Source of the DNA: Cyanobacteriota bacterium
GTDB lineage: Bacteria > Cyanobacteriota > Cyanobacteriia > Thermostichales > Thermostichaceae
NCBI GenBank assembly: GCA_033764955.1
Contig: JANRIL010000040.1
Location: 74,524 to 138,523, forward strand
Length of the DNA: 64,000 bases
Direction: 5' to 3'
The first letter of the stretch is position 1; every line of letters begins with the position of its first letter. Positions 40,709 to 52,064 of this stretch are shown here, one piece after another. Made by a program: the position numbers and the translations under genes. The notes beneath the pieces were generated by a model. The model was given only the letters and a program-made list of their open reading frames with translations, made no database searches and was not told the origin of the DNA.

Positions 40709-40912
40709 CTAGTGGCCGGAACGACGCAATCCCATCACCACCGTATGGCGAAACTGCCAAAGCAAATTTCGTAGATAAAGGGAGAGATTGCGCTGGGAGA
40801 GACTTTGGTTTTTGAGGCGGACTAATTGACTCCGTTGCTGTAAGGAACGACTACGCAGATGAACGGCTTTCTGACGAGCCGCCAACAAACGACGGGAATC
40901 CAAATCAGTCAT
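40709..40912 (-). CDS. Possible small basic coiled-coil hypothetical protein
   Basis: ATG-started ORF filling the gap between two co-oriented genes; no motif recognised. Confidence 0.35.
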   Translation of the reverse strand: MTDLDSRRLLAARQKAVHLRSRSLQQRSQLVRLKNQSLSQRNLSLYLRNLLWQFRHTVVMGLRRSGH

Positions 40913-40959
40913 GCTGGCTCAGGGAGTAGGGATGTTTACGATTATACTCATCCGTCCTT

Positions 40960-41355
40960 CTAAGAAAGCCACTGTCCCCAGCGAGTCAGTTGATTCTGGT
41001 AGCGCCTCAACCACCCTCTCAACGAAGAGGGGTGGGGATGCTCCTGCCCCTCCTGCAAGCGCTCCCACAACACCCGCCCCAAGGGAGCAAGCCGATAGCT
41101 GTCGGTAATCCCCTGTCCATCCACCTCTCGCCGCAGGATCCCCACCTGGATCAGCCACATCAACTCATCATCCGCCTGTCGCTCCGATAGAACCTGTTGG
41201 GTCAACCCCGCCTGATAGCCCACTTGACCCGCAATCCGGCTGAGGGCAATTCCCCGCGCCGAGAGCGCCGCCAACAACTCAACCCGAAACGGCGCGCACT
41301 GCCACGCCCGTAAAGCCCGTTCATAAATTTCTGCGGAATAGTCAAACTGAGACAT
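40960..41355 (-). CDS. Npun_F0494-like cyanobacterial protein
   Basis: LMWLIQVGILRREVDGQGITDSYRL signature; start at MSQFDY. Confidence 0.8.
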   Translation of the reverse strand: MSQFDYSAEIYERALRAWQCAPFRVELLAALSARGIALSRIAGQVGYQAGLTQQVLSERQADDELMWLIQVGILRREVDGQGITDSYRLAPLGRVLWERLQEGQEHPHPSSLRGWLRRYQNQLTRWGQWLS

Positions 41356-41406
41356 CGTGCAGTTACCGTCCAGTTGGCTGGGAACTCTGTTACAATAGTT
41401 AATACT

Positions 41407-41682
41407 ATGATATTCATGATTGCGATTGTGATCGTCCTGGGTTTTTGGGCTTTGCGCCTGATGGAGCAAGCTTATGAACAGCAGGAGTTTTCCAGGATGC
41501 TAGCCGGCGTCTTGGTGGTGGTGGCTGCCGGTGGGGTTTTGACCACCTACTTTTTGATGAGCGACTATTTCAGCTTTGTCCGACAGGGATCCCTCCTCCA
41601 GCAAACCGCCGAAACACCCCCTGTACAGGTGAGCTGGGCGGAGGATGGAGACTATTGGCGGGTAACGTCCCCCTTTCCTTAA
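41407..41682 (+). CDS. Small two-TM hypothetical membrane protein
   Basis: Two hydrophobic helices; start uncertain. Confidence 0.55.
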   Translation: MIFMIAIVIVLGFWALRLMEQAYEQQEFSRMLAGVLVVVAAGGVLTTYFLMSDYFSFVRQGSLLQQTAETPPVQVSWAEDGDYWRVTSPFP

Positions 41683-41851
41683 CGTTTGCTGCTTCCTAGC
41701 CTTGTCCTTCCATAAAGAGAGTGGATCCTTTCAAGTCTTCTCGATCTACCCGATTCTCATCTGGTCAAGGTGGGCAGAAGGGATCCCCCACTAGAATGGG
41801 GAGAGGGCGGGATCCCTCTGCCGCCCCCCTCAGTGGATCTAAGGAGAAGAT

Positions 41852-42277
41852 ATGCGTATTTTGCATACTATGCTGCGAGTGGGCAACCTGGAGCGGTCGT
41901 TGGCTTTTTACTGTGATGTCTTAGGGATGAAACTGCTGCGCCGCAGTGATTATCCGGCGGGTGAATTTACCCTCGCTTTCGTTGGGTATGGAACGGAATC
42001 GGAGGGAGCCGTGCTGGAGCTGACCTATAACTGGGGCACCGATCACTACGACTTGGGCAACGGCTATGGTCACATTGCCCTAGGGGTGGATGATATCTAC
42101 GCAACCTGCACCGCCATTGCCGACAAAGGGGGCAAAATTACCCGTCCTCCTGGTCCGATGAAACATGGCTCTACTGTCCTCGCTTTTGTGGAGGATCCGG
42201 ATGGCTACAAGATTGAACTGATCCAGGTGAGGCTAAATCCGAACCATCAGCCTGCTCAGGTTGCCGCGGTTTCTTGA
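41852..42277 (+). CDS. gloA: Lactoylglutathione lyase (glyoxalase I)
   Basis: [33 protein letters not shown]. Confidence 0.95.
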   Translation: MRILHTMLRVGNLERSLAFYCDVLGMKLLRRSDYPAGEFTLAFVGYGTESEGAVLELTYNWGTDHYDLGNGYGHIALGVDDIYATCTAIADKGGKITRPPGPMKHGSTVLAFVEDPDGYKIELIQVRLNPNHQPAQVAAVS

Positions 42278-42339
42278 GGAGTCCCTCCGCTCCCGTGGTT
42301 CTCAATAGGGATCCCCGTGTCTAGCCGCAGGGGTTTTGT

Positions 42340-43462
42340 TCAGGCAATGGCTTTTTGCTGTTCCTGTCGTAGATAGGCTTGGATGAAGGCCATGATTGGC
42401 TCAGGATCCCCATTCATAAAGGCATCTACGTTATAAGTCTCTGCGTTGGTGCGATGATCTTTGATCAGTTTGTAGGGGTCAAAGGTATAGGTGCGAATCC
42501 GTCCTCCAAACCCCTGAGTGACCATCTCTCCCCGAATTTCGGCTAGCTTCTGCCGCCGTTTTTCCTCCTCTAGCTCAATCAATTTGGCCTGCAAAATCTG
42601 GATGGCTCGCTCTTTATTTTGTAGCTGGGATCGTTCTTCGGTGCAGCGCACCGCCAGCCCCGTCGGTTTGTGGATGACGCGCACCGCCGTCTCGACTTTA
42701 TTGACGTTTTGCCCTCCTGCTCCCCCCGATCGGGAGGTTTCAAATTCGAGATCCTCCGGTTTGATGACAAACTTACCCTCATCCGCCACAATCGGCATAA
42801 TTTCTACCCCCGCAAAGCTGGTCTGCCGCTTACCGTTAGCGTTAAAGGGACTGATCCGCTCCATGCGATGGTTGCCTTTTTCGGCGGAAAGATAGCCATA
42901 AGCATAGCGCCCCTCGATCATCAGGGTGGCTGACTTGATACCCGCCTCACTCCCCTCGGAATACTCCGACAGACTAACCTTGTAGCCCTGATTCTCCCCC
43001 CAACGGGTATACATTTTCAGGAGCATTTCCGCCCAATCTTGGGCGTCGGTTCCGCCTGCTCCGGCGGTGATGGTCAAAATCGCCCCGTGATCATCGTAGG
43101 GACCTGACAACAGTTGCTGCAACTCCCACCGATCCAAGCCCCTCGCCACCTGCCCAAGCACCTGCTCCATCTCTGCGAGAAGATCGGGATCCGCTTCCAC
43201 TTGCAGCATCTCTAGGGCAGCTTCCGCATCCGCCAACTGGCTTTGCCAGCGATGCACTTGCTCCCAGGTGCTCTTCAAATCCGTCAGTTTTTGCATCTCA
43301 CGACGAGCCGCCTCCGCATCCTCCCAAAAGCCGGGATCCGAAGCCTCCTGTTCCATCACCGCGATTTGCTCAGCTATGTTGGGCAAGTCAAAGATAGTCC
43401 TGAGCATCGCTCAGGCGGTTAGTGAGGACAGTGTGGCGGCGTTTGAGTTCAAAAAGTTCCAT
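42340..43462 (-). CDS. prfB: Peptide chain release factor 2 with programmed +1 frameshift
   Basis: SPF and GGQ motifs. ORF0 MELFELKRR...AQDYL ends at CTT-TGA-C and continues in the +1 frame as DLPNIAE. Confidence 0.96.
43387..43393 (-). promoter_or_regulatory. prfB autoregulatory frameshift site CTTTGAC
   Basis: Minus strand CAGGACTATCTTTGAC, an SD-like AGGA just before the slippery site. Confidence 0.93.
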
Positions 43463-43560
43463 AACTTGTTAGGGTCCAAACCTGTGGACGGAAGGAGAGG
43501 GATCTCTACTTTACGGCAGGGATCCCCCACGAGGCCATGTCTTGCCCAGAATGAAACAGT

Positions 43561-44544
43561 TCAATTGGAAGTGGATCCCATTGGATCGGGACGATGGTTG
43601 GTGGTGGGGATATAAATCCGGCTACCTGCCCATTGCAGTTTTTCGCGGAGGGTGCGGAAGTAGGACAACTGCCGTTCCAGAATCACCATCTTAGCCATGT
43701 GGGGAGCCTGGCGGATCTCCACCCATTGCCCAGGATTGACACTTTGCGCGGCCACCCCATCCGTCCAGAGGCGGGTCAAGCCTTCGGGATCCGAAAGCGG
43801 CCAAATCTCCACCCGCACATCCCCACCAATCACAATCGGGCGGCTGGATAAACTGAGGGGGCAGATAGGGGTAATCGTGATCACGTCCAATTCGGGGGCA
43901 ATGATCGGGCCATTGGCGGCTACGGTATAGGAGGTCGTACCCGTTGGGGTAGCCACCAACACCCCATCCCCGTGATACTGATCCAAAATTTCTCCGTTCA
44001 CCTCGATTTCCATAATCGCCGAGGGCAAACGGGTTTTGCTGGTGGGTTTGAGACACATCTCATTCAAACAATAAAACACCTCGCTGACGGACTGGCGCCG
44101 CCGATGGCTCCCCCCCTGCCCCGGCACGGGATCCCCCTGCCCCAGTTGTACCTGCTCTTGAATTTCTGCCTGAAGCATCATGCGCGACTGCCAGACAAAA
44201 TCATCGGCGGCAATCCGCTCCCAGGGATCCTCCTGCAACACCTGCGCGGACTGAGCCAAAAAGCCCAGATGTCCCCCCGCTTTCACCGGCAAAATCGGGA
44301 TGCCAAAGGGAGCCAGATAGCGAGCCGCCGCCAGCACCGAGCCATCTCCCCCCAACACCACCGCCAGATCAATCGGCTCGGAGGTGGCCTCCAGAAACAC
44401 CGGATAAGGATTGTGATAGGTGCCCGTCGGAGCCGTCAACACCGTCACCCCCCGTTGACGCAATTGCTCAGCACACACCTGACAGGCGGTTTTGCTGGTA
44501 TAGTCTCCCTCTTTGTAGGCAATCACAACTTGATGCAGATGCAT
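43561..44544 (-). CDS. nadK: NAD(+) kinase
   Basis: GGDGSVL, GHLGFL, LNE, GDGVLVATPTGTTSY. Confidence 0.93.
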   Translation of the reverse strand: MHLHQVVIAYKEGDYTSKTACQVCAEQLRQRGVTVLTAPTGTYHNPYPVFLEATSEPIDLAVVLGGDGSVLAAARYLAPFGIPILPVKAGGHLGFLAQSAQVLQEDPWERIAADDFVWQSRMMLQAEIQEQVQLGQGDPVPGQGGSHRRRQSVSEVFYCLNEMCLKPTSKTRLPSAIMEIEVNGEILDQYHGDGVLVATPTGTTSYTVAANGPIIAPELDVITITPICPLSLSSRPIVIGGDVRVEIWPLSDPEGLTRLWTDGVAAQSVNPGQWVEIRQAPHMAKMVILERQLSYFRTLREKLQWAGSRIYIPTTNHRPDPMGSTSN

Positions 44545-45128
44545 GGGATCCCTTGATGGTGTGCAGATAGTGGCGGGCGACTGGAAGCCAATGACAATTT
44601 AATGACAATTTATAGCTGGCGACCCCTCAGGCGTGACGATCATCACAGCTAACCCTCGATAGCTATCACTGTTGCCGGATGGATCCACCTTCTATCTTCA
44701 TAGAAGAGAGTCTTTTCGCCACTACCCTCAGGATAAGAACACGATGGCCAGTCTCGGCATGGACATTCAGCTACTCTGGACAATTCTGGGCATACCCAAA
44801 CGGACAACCCTTCTCAAGCGGTTGTGGCTCCTAGCCGTCCAAAAGTATTGGATTGGTTGGGATCTCTGCGGTTGGTGGCAGACGTGCCGCCCACTGCTCT
44901 GGCTTGGATGTGGCCTCAAGATTGACTAGCCGCATGGATGCTTGGGCAACGTTGACGATGCAGAGGCGATCAATCACAGGCGATCCATCACAGACCCAAA
45001 AGTAGACCTTTAATTATGACAAGCCCTTCCGGTTCGATCTATCGTGGTCTAGAAGCATCTCCTTTATCATTGGATAGTTTTCTGGATATTTTCTGGATAG
45101 TTGTGCTCCCTAAATTTCCCCAAAGATT

Positions 45129-47717
45129 ATGGCTACTGATGATCTAATTGGCAAAATCATCGACAACCGCTATCGCTTGACCGAAGTGGTGGGGGGTGGC
45201 GGTATGGGTTGTGTCTACAAAGCTGAAGACACAAAACTACACAATCGTGTGGTTGCCATTAAGGTTCTCTACCAAAATATGTCGGGGGGGGATCTAACTC
45301 GCAAGCACCTACGCGACCGTTTCTCCGAAGAGATCCGCATCAGTATTTTGTTGGGGGAACACCCGCGCATCATCAAAGTTTTTGATCACGGATTGGAGGC
45401 GGATCAACCCTACCTGGTGATGGAATATCTGAGGGGAATCGATCTCTCGGTTTTGATCAAGCAAAAGAAAGATCTGGATTTGTTAAGAATCGTGAGGATT
45501 GCTACCCAGATCTGTGATGGGCTGCACCATGCCCATTGTTTTGAGACCACCCTAGACGGGCGACAGATTAAAGGGGTTGTTCATCGAGATATCAAACCCA
45601 GTAACATTTTTATTTTGAACGAGCGGGGGATTGGCGAAACCGTGAAAGTCCTTGACTTTGGGGTAGCCAAGACAGTTTCCGATTTATCCGTGAGTATGGG
45701 AACCCAAAAGATGGGGGGATTTATTGGGACTGTGCGCTACGCTTCCCCCGAACAACTCAAGGGGAAGGTGCTGGATGCTCGTTCCGATATTTACTCCTTG
45801 GGTATTGTCCTCTACGAAATGTTGACGGGCAACATGCCCTATATCCCGGAAACGGATTCCTTCCCTGGCTGGTATGAAGCTCATAATTTCAAGGATCCTC
45901 GTCCCTTCACAGGCGTGGGCTGGGCACGTCCTATTCCCCCCAGTTTGCAAGCGGTAGTGCTGGATTGTCTGCAAAAGGATCCCAATCAGCGCCCCCCATC
46001 CATGCAGGTTTTGAGTGAACGGCTAGAGTCTGCCCTCAGCCAAGCCGCCCAAGAAACACAACTGCCCGGTCAATGGGTTGCTCCCCTCGGTTATGGGGAT
46101 GGAGGGGATCCTCAGGTAGCTCCCGCCACAACCCCCCTAGGAAATTTGGCAGACAAACCCCCGATCAGTCCGGTGGTGCCCGTCGGCCCCCATAGTCCTA
46201 ACTCCAATTTAGGGGGCTATCAATTTGGGGATCGAGATGCTGAACCCTTGCCGATTGGGGAATGGGAAGCCGGTGAGATGTGGGATCCCCTCACGTCTGA
46301 CGCTTCAGGAGGAGCGGTGTCCATCGGGGACAGTGAAAAGCAACCCCCCACCCTGACCCTACCGCCCATTGAACAGCGCCACACCAGCCCTCCCCAGCCC
46401 AGCCCCGCGCAGCCTCGCTCAGCCCAACTTAGCCCAGTGCCATCCGAGCCAATTGTGAAAATTGCGCCTGCCCTTCCTGCCTCGGTGGTTAAGCCTATCT
46501 CCACTCCGCAAGCCAACATTCCCTCCTCTGCTCAGCCTGTGGGTAGTCCTGTCGCCGCGACTCCTATCACGGATGCTACTATTCCCCACAAACGTCCCCC
46601 CGCCCATACCCAAGGGATCCCTACCCTGATTCTGGATAAACGACCCGCCCAACCCTGGGGATGGATAGCCGCCATCCTGGTGGCCGGGGTGGGATCCCTG
46701 ACGCTTGCCCGCATGGTTCCTTGGGGAGAACTGACGGAGAAATATTTTTCGGGATCGACCCCCATCCCAACCCGTCAGCCCCAACCCACCCCCACCACTT
46801 CTCCGGTAGCTAGTCTCCCCAACCCGATGACTTCTGCGGGATCCCCGTCACCTGCCGCCGCTAGCCCCCTCCCCACCGCCACGCCCCTAGCGGCTAACCC
46901 CTCCCCCACCGCCACGCCGGTTCCCCTGCCGACCCCCCCCAAGCCCAAGCCTCCCATTGCGTTGAAAGACTATTACCGTGAACTGGACAAAGTGGCCCAA
47001 GCATCGGTAGCCAACCGCAATTGCCAGCCTACTATTGATTTGATCGATAAGATTTTGTTTGACTATCCAGACCAGCAGGCCAGCCTCAACAAGTATTGGG
47101 TAGAACTCAAGCCCCGCTGTCAGGCCACCCCACCCCCACCCCCACCGACCCCTGCCCCCACCTCGCCTCCTACTCCCACTCCCACTCCTCCTCCGACCTC
47201 AACACCGCCGCCTGCAACTCCTCTTTCCACACCCGCAACACCTACTTCCCCCCCCCCAGCGACCTCAACCCCAATTCCCAGGCTGAGTCCGCTCATTCCC
47301 AAGACGACTGTGCCACCTGCTACTCCGGCTGCCACCCCCACTCCGGTTCCGCTTGCGGTGGCTACCCTCCCTCCTACCCCAGAAACTCAACCCCTCAACT
47401 TGACGGGCACTTGGACTTATCGCGGGGGGGTCTTTGCGTGGCCCAACGCCAGTCAGTGCCGCGTCGATGTTACTGGTGGACGGCAACTAGCGGTAACGAT
47501 TTCTCAAGACGGCGGCAACCTGAGTGCCAGCTATGGAACCACCCGTCCCCGCTCTGGTACCTTGCAGGGCAATTCGGTAACGATTAGTGGCAAGATTGAT
47601 CTGGGATCCCCAGAGATTATCTGGAATGGAACCGTCAGCCCCGATGGAAAGACCATCTCCGGCACCGCCACCTGTAAAAATGCTTCTTTTCCCATCACCT
47701 TGACACGGGGATCCTAG
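45129..47717 (+). CDS. Hanks-type Ser/Thr kinase with a TM helix, Pro/Thr-rich linkers and a C-terminal beta domain
   Basis: GGGGMGCVY, VAIK, HRDIKPSN, DFG, YASPE, DIYSLG. Confidence 0.93.
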   Translation: MATDDLIGKIIDNRYRLTEVVGGGGMGCVYKAEDTKLHNRVVAIKVLYQNMSGGDLTRKHLRDRFSEEIRISILLGEHPRIIKVFDHGLEADQPYLVMEYLRGIDLSVLIKQKKDLDLLRIVRIATQICDGLHHAHCFETTLDGRQIKGVVHRDIKPSNIFILNERGIGETVKVLDFGVAKTVSDLSVSMGTQKMGGFIGTVRYASPEQLKGKVLDARSDIYSLGIVLYEMLTGNMPYIPETDSFPGWYEAHNFKDPRPFTGVGWARPIPPSLQAVVLDCLQKDPNQRPPSMQVLSERLESALSQAAQETQLPGQWVAPLGYGDGGDPQVAPATTPLGNLADKPPISPVVPVGPHSPNSNLGGYQFGDRDAEPLPIGEWEAGEMWDPLTSDASGGAVSIGDSEKQPPTLTLPPIEQRHTSPPQPSPAQPRSAQLSPVPSEPIVKIAPALPASVVKPISTPQANIPSSAQPVGSPVAATPITDATIPHKRPPAHTQGIPTLILDKRPAQPWGWIAAILVAGVGSLTLARMVPWGELTEKYFSGSTPIPTRQPQPTPTTSPVASLPNPMTSAGSPSPAAASPLPTATPLAANPSPTATPVPLPTPPKPKPPIALKDYYRELDKVAQASVANRNCQPTIDLIDKILFDYPDQQASLNKYWVELKPRCQATPPPPPPTPAPTSPPTPTPTPPPTSTPPPATPLSTPATPTSPPPATSTPIPRLSPLIPKTTVPPATPAATPTPVPLAVATLPPTPETQPLNLTGTWTYRGGVFAWPNASQCRVDVTGGRQLAVTISQDGGNLSASYGTTRPRSGTLQGNSVTISGKIDLGSPEIIWNGTVSPDGKTISGTATCKNASFPITLTRGS

Positions 47718-47730
47718 TCTCCGCCGAGCC

Positions 47731-48600
47731 TTGCCCGAAATTGCTTTACGGGGTGTGCCCCATTACTACCAGTGGATCACCGACCAGGGAGATGCACGGG
47801 ATCCCCTTAGCCAGAAACCTGTCCTGCTGTTTGTGCATGGGTGGGGAGGCTCCAGTCGGTATTGGCAATCTACCGCTCACGCACTGGTGACAAGCTATGA
47901 TTGCCTACTCTACGATTTACGGGGCTTTGGCCGTAGCCAGGCGGCTGCCAGTAGCCCCCGTGATCCGATCTATGAAATGGGCTATTATGCCGCCGAATTG
48001 AGCGATCTCATCCATCAGCTTGGCTTAGGCAGTGTGATCATCAATGCCCATTCGATGGGAGCCTCGCTAGCGACGTTGTTGGCGGCGCGCGCTCCTGAGC
48101 AAGTTCGGCAGTTGATTCTGACCTGTAGCGGCATCTTTGCCTACAACCCCGTTACCTTTCCCCTCTTTCATCAGATTGGCGGAGGAGTGGTAAGCATCCG
48201 TCCCCGTTGGCTAGGCCGCATCCCTGGCATGGATCGCTTATTTATGGCACGTTTTTTGCATCGCCCCCTACCTTTTGCTTTTCGGCAAGCCTTTTTAGAG
48301 GACTATCTCAACGCCGATCAGACCACGTTATTGGGCACCATCTACACAGCAGTCAGCCAACAGGCCAGCCAAGAAATGCCCAGTGCTTTTGCTCAGTTAG
48401 GGATCCCTACGCTCCTGATTGCAGGAGAAAAAGATATCATTATTCCCACCCAATTAGGCCAAGCCGCCGCCCGCCTCAACCCGATTATTCAATACGTTGA
48501 AATTCCCAGAACCGCCCACTTTCCCATGCTAGAAGATAGCTCCGCTTATCTGTCGATTGTTCAAGCCTTTCTATCCCAAGGGGATCCCCTAACTGCTTAA
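47731..48600 (+). CDS. Alpha/beta-fold hydrolase
   Basis: HGWGGS, DLRGFGRS, AHSMG, AHFPMLE. Confidence 0.9.
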   Translation: MPEIALRGVPHYYQWITDQGDARDPLSQKPVLLFVHGWGGSSRYWQSTAHALVTSYDCLLYDLRGFGRSQAAASSPRDPIYEMGYYAAELSDLIHQLGLGSVIINAHSMGASLATLLAARAPEQVRQLILTCSGIFAYNPVTFPLFHQIGGGVVSIRPRWLGRIPGMDRLFMARFLHRPLPFAFRQAFLEDYLNADQTTLLGTIYTAVSQQASQEMPSAFAQLGIPTLLIAGEKDIIIPTQLGQAAARLNPIIQYVEIPRTAHFPMLEDSSAYLSIVQAFLSQGDPLTA

Positions 48601-48627
48601 TAATGATGGCCTGTTCTCTCCTGATTT

Positions 48628-49104
48628 TTAGGTCTCGCTCGATGGAGATGGATCACAACGGATCTCCAGCAACAACCCATCGGGATCATAAAAATAGATT
48701 CCTCGTCCCGTGGGGCGTTGAATTGGGCCATGATCAATAACAACCTGATGGTCATGCAAAACCTTGACAGCATAGTCAAACATGTCAGGATCAATATCAA
48801 AAGCAAGATGGCTAATTCGTGTAAATTGCTGGGTTGGATCTGGGTGAGGAGGGTAAAGATCCGGCTCAGAAAACAGATCTAAAACTAGCCCGTCTCCCAT
48901 CACAAAGTTACATACCTTTCCAGCCGCTACTAAATCGACCAACGTGGATGGGATCCCTGCCCCTGTTAACTCTGTCAACCCTAAGACTTCTCCATAAAAA
49001 TGCCTAGATGCCTTCATATCTCGAACATTCAGAGCAATATGATGCACCTTTCGCAAACCGTTCTTACTGAGAGTTACTGGTGGTGTCTGCATAAAGACCT
49101 GCAT
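48628..49104 (-). CDS. VOC/glyoxalase-like protein
   Basis: VHHIALNV, HLAFDI, YFYDPDGLLLE; start uncertain. Confidence 0.85.
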   Translation of the reverse strand: MQVFMQTPPVTLSKNGLRKVHHIALNVRDMKASRHFYGEVLGLTELTGAGIPSTLVDLVAAGKVCNFVMGDGLVLDLFSEPDLYPPHPDPTQQFTRISHLAFDIDPDMFDYAVKVLHDHQVVIDHGPIQRPTGRGIYFYDPDGLLLEIRCDPSPSSET

Positions 49105-49161
49105 AAAAACTATAGAGGCAGATGGGAGTTTGCAGAATCTGACAACTATTCGACACGGCAA

Positions 49162-50178
49162 CTATCCCAAGCTATTAAGTCGATAAACTAATTGCCAAAG
49201 GCGGCCAAAGTTACGTTGATTAAAAGACATCGCTAGACGAGGTAAATGGGCGATCTCTGGTTCATCCTCTTCAGGAAAAGCGGCACACTGCCAGATGGAT
49301 CCCGACTCTAAGATATCGGAAAACTCATCATTGAGAATATGCAAAGCCTCTTCAGAAAGGGGTGTATTGATCCGTAATACCAACAAATCTTTGATGTAGC
49401 GATTGCTATGAAAAATGTGGTAAAAATTAGTGACATGATGACAGGCTCCCTCTACACTGTCCGTCAGGGTATAGAGGCTCAAATCTTCAGGACTAATCAG
49501 AGATCGCACCAAAACATGCTCTCGGATGTATTGATCCCATTCTTGCCAATAACGACCATTTGGTTTGTCAACCAACACCAACGGCATCAGCTTGGTTTTA
49601 CCCGTTTGCATCAAGGTCAAACACTCAAAGGCTTCATCTTGGGTGCCAAAACCCCCCGGAAAAAGCACAACGGCATCGCTCTCTTTTACAAAAAATAACT
49701 TGCGGGAGAAGAAGTACTTAAAATTAATCACCCGATCACTGGCGGCTAAGACTGGATTGGCCATTTGCTCAAAGGGCAGTTGAATATTGAGGCCAAAAGT
49801 ATTTTCCAGTCCTGCCCCACGATTGCCTGCCTCCATGATGCCGCCCCCTCCCCCAGTCAGCACCATAAACCCCTGCTGACTAATCTGATAGGCAAAAGCT
49901 ACAGCCTGTTGATATTCAGGAGTGGTGGGTTCTAGACGGGCAGAACCGAAAATCGTCAGCTTACGCTGTTGCCGATAATGGTGAAAAGCGGCAAAGCCCT
50001 GCTCCAGATCCTCAAGGGTCGCCGCCAAGATTTTGGCATCCAAACGACTCAGCCCCAGAGTGTACATCTTGAGCAGGGAATGAAATGAGCGCAACCAAAA
50101 CCCCTGGTTGGGATCTTGGTGCAGTTGCTCAAGCTCCTGCTGCAATGCTTGCAGCAGATTAGAGATCTCTTGTGTCAA
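49162..50178 (-). CDS. LOG-family protein
   Basis: TIFGSAR, TGGGGGIMEAGN, FPGGFGTQDE. Confidence 0.9.
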   Translation of the reverse strand: MTQEISNLLQALQQELEQLHQDPNQGFWLRSFHSLLKMYTLGLSRLDAKILAATLEDLEQGFAAFHHYRQQRKLTIFGSARLEPTTPEYQQAVAFAYQISQQGFMVLTGGGGGIMEAGNRGAGLENTFGLNIQLPFEQMANPVLAASDRVINFKYFFSRKLFFVKESDAVVLFPGGFGTQDEAFECLTLMQTGKTKLMPLVLVDKPNGRYWQEWDQYIREHVLVRSLISPEDLSLYTLTDSVEGACHHVTNFYHIFHSNRYIKDLLVLRINTPLSEEALHILNDEFSDILESGSIWQCAAFPEEDEPEIAHLPRLAMSFNQRNFGRLWQLVYRLNSLG

Positions 50179-50388
50179 CCAAGCAACCAGAATTCATCTG
50201 TAAATTACTTTAATTCTAGCTACCCACCAAAACTTCACTGATTTGGGCGTAGTTGCATAAAGTAATCATTCTGACCGAAAGAACCACTTCAGACCCAAAA
50301 GTTGCTTGAATCTGAAGTATGCAAATTCAGTTCCAGGAGTTTTACCTCAGCCAACCCACAAAAACTCTCCCCATCTTGCTGGTTGAGT

Positions 50389-50730
50389 TCAGGCTGTAGC
50401 TTCTGCATTGAGGTGACGTTCTAGAGTGCTGGCAAGGGTAGCCTTGGGAACCGCCCCTACGACCACATCAACTTTCTGCCCACCCTTGAAAATCATTAAG
50501 GTTGGAATACTGCGGATCCCGTACTGGCTGGCAGTTTGAGGGTTTTCGTCCGTATTGATTTTGACAACTTTGATCTTGCCCTCGTATTGCTCGGCGATCT
50601 CTTGGACAACGGGAGCAACCATTCGGCAGGGGCCACACCAGGGAGCCCAAAAATCGACGAGGACAGGCATTTCGCTGCCCAAAACTTCTTGCTCAAAGGT
50701 GGCATCAGCGATATCGACGGCGGCGGACAT
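50389..50730 (-). CDS. trxA: Thioredoxin (m-type)
   Basis: [25 protein letters not shown]. Confidence 0.95.
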   Translation of the reverse strand: MSAAVDIADATFEQEVLGSEMPVLVDFWAPWCGPCRMVAPVVQEIAEQYEGKIKVVKINTDENPQTASQYGIRSIPTLMIFKGGQKVDVVVGAVPKATLASTLERHLNAEATA

Positions 50731-51007
50731 GCTGGCAGAACTCCTGATAGGTACTCTTCCTTATATTATCATAGGCATTTTGACGGTTGAGAAGGCAGGC
50801 TACCCGCCATCGACAGCCGAGAACCCCTGTTCAACCCAAGCTCTCTAGCCTACGGCAGGGTAGGGTGACTGAGGCAGCAAACCGGAAATTAAAAAAATGC
50901 AGAATAAAAACTTAACCGTATCTCTGCTCTGTCTCGGTTTTATCTGTGGTGTTTAGGGCTGAGGGTGGTTACCCTAGCAGGGTTGAGAAGGAATCCGCAA
51001 GGATAGG

Positions 51008-51664
51008 GTGATGTCTATTTATTTTCATGAACAGCTTTATCGTTCGATGACTGTGATGAGCCGTCTACGACAGCAACCGGTGGTGATTGGGGGGGCAGGG
51101 TCACTGGGATCCAACATCGCCGAGAACCTAGCCCGCTCCGGCTGGGGGCAACTGACCGTTATTGATCGGGATCGCATTGAACAGCGCAACCTCTCGACCC
51201 AACCCTATTACCAATCTGATGTCGGAGCTTTCAAGGCAAAAATTCTTGCGAACAGCCTCTACCGAGCGATAGGGATCCCGATTGCTACCGATACCCGTGA
51301 GCTAACTGCCGATAACACCCCTCAACTATTGGGGAATCAGGCTTGGCTGATCGATACGTTTGACAATAGTGTGGCTCGACGAGCCGTAGCGGAGCACTGT
51401 CGGCGGACGGGACAGCCCTGTCTACATGTGGGATTGGCGGCGGATTATGCGGAGGTGATTTGGGATCCCCTGTATCGGGTTCCTTCCGAGGCTCAGGACG
51501 ATATCTGCGACTATCCTTTGGCGCGCAACCTGGTTTTGCTGGCGGTGGCGGTGGCCTGCGAGTCCTTGACCCATTTTTTGATGACTAATGAGGCGAGCAG
51601 CTATACCATCACCCTGCGGGACTTATCGGTTCACCCCCTAGAAGCTGGATCCTCTGTGGACTAG
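51008..51664 (+). CDS. ThiF/MoeB-family adenylyltransferase
   Basis: GAGSLGS, IDRDRIEQRNL, DTFDN. Confidence 0.85.
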   Translation: MMSIYFHEQLYRSMTVMSRLRQQPVVIGGAGSLGSNIAENLARSGWGQLTVIDRDRIEQRNLSTQPYYQSDVGAFKAKILANSLYRAIGIPIATDTRELTADNTPQLLGNQAWLIDTFDNSVARRAVAEHCRRTGQPCLHVGLAADYAEVIWDPLYRVPSEAQDDICDYPLARNLVLLAVAVACESLTHFLMTNEASSYTITLRDLSVHPLEAGSSVD

Positions 51665-52064
51665 CCATGGTCGGTGTCTTGGCAACTGGATTTTTGCTCC
51701 AAGATTAGGATCCATAGTTCAGCCACTTACCCCAAAATTCGATAGGATTAACGTAGATTTTTCTTAACTCTCTCTTAGCCTGAAGCTGTTGAGGAGAGCC
51801 TCCCAAGGGTGGCTGAGGAGTCAAGTCAGTCCACTCCGCCTACCCCCTGTAGTCTGCCCTAAAGGCTTCAAACACTTAGGCTTGCCTGGCTAGAGCCTGT
51901 ATATCCGGATACCTCAGCACCAGTTATCTGACTGTATATATCACTACTTTTAATCAGAGAAAGGAAATGTTAAGGTTTGGATAGATTTTTGAGACGAGTG
52001 ACACAGGAAATCGGCGAAAAACTTCAAAAGCAGTTGAAATTGTAGCTGGAGCGGTTGGAACACA

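Noticed and set aside
42340..43462. prfB as a frameshifted pseudogene
   Set aside because: This is the canonical programmed CTT-TGA-C frameshift.
44672..44929. 85-aa ORF between nadK and the kinase
   Set aside because: TTG start, no RBS or motif; probably a divergent promoter region.
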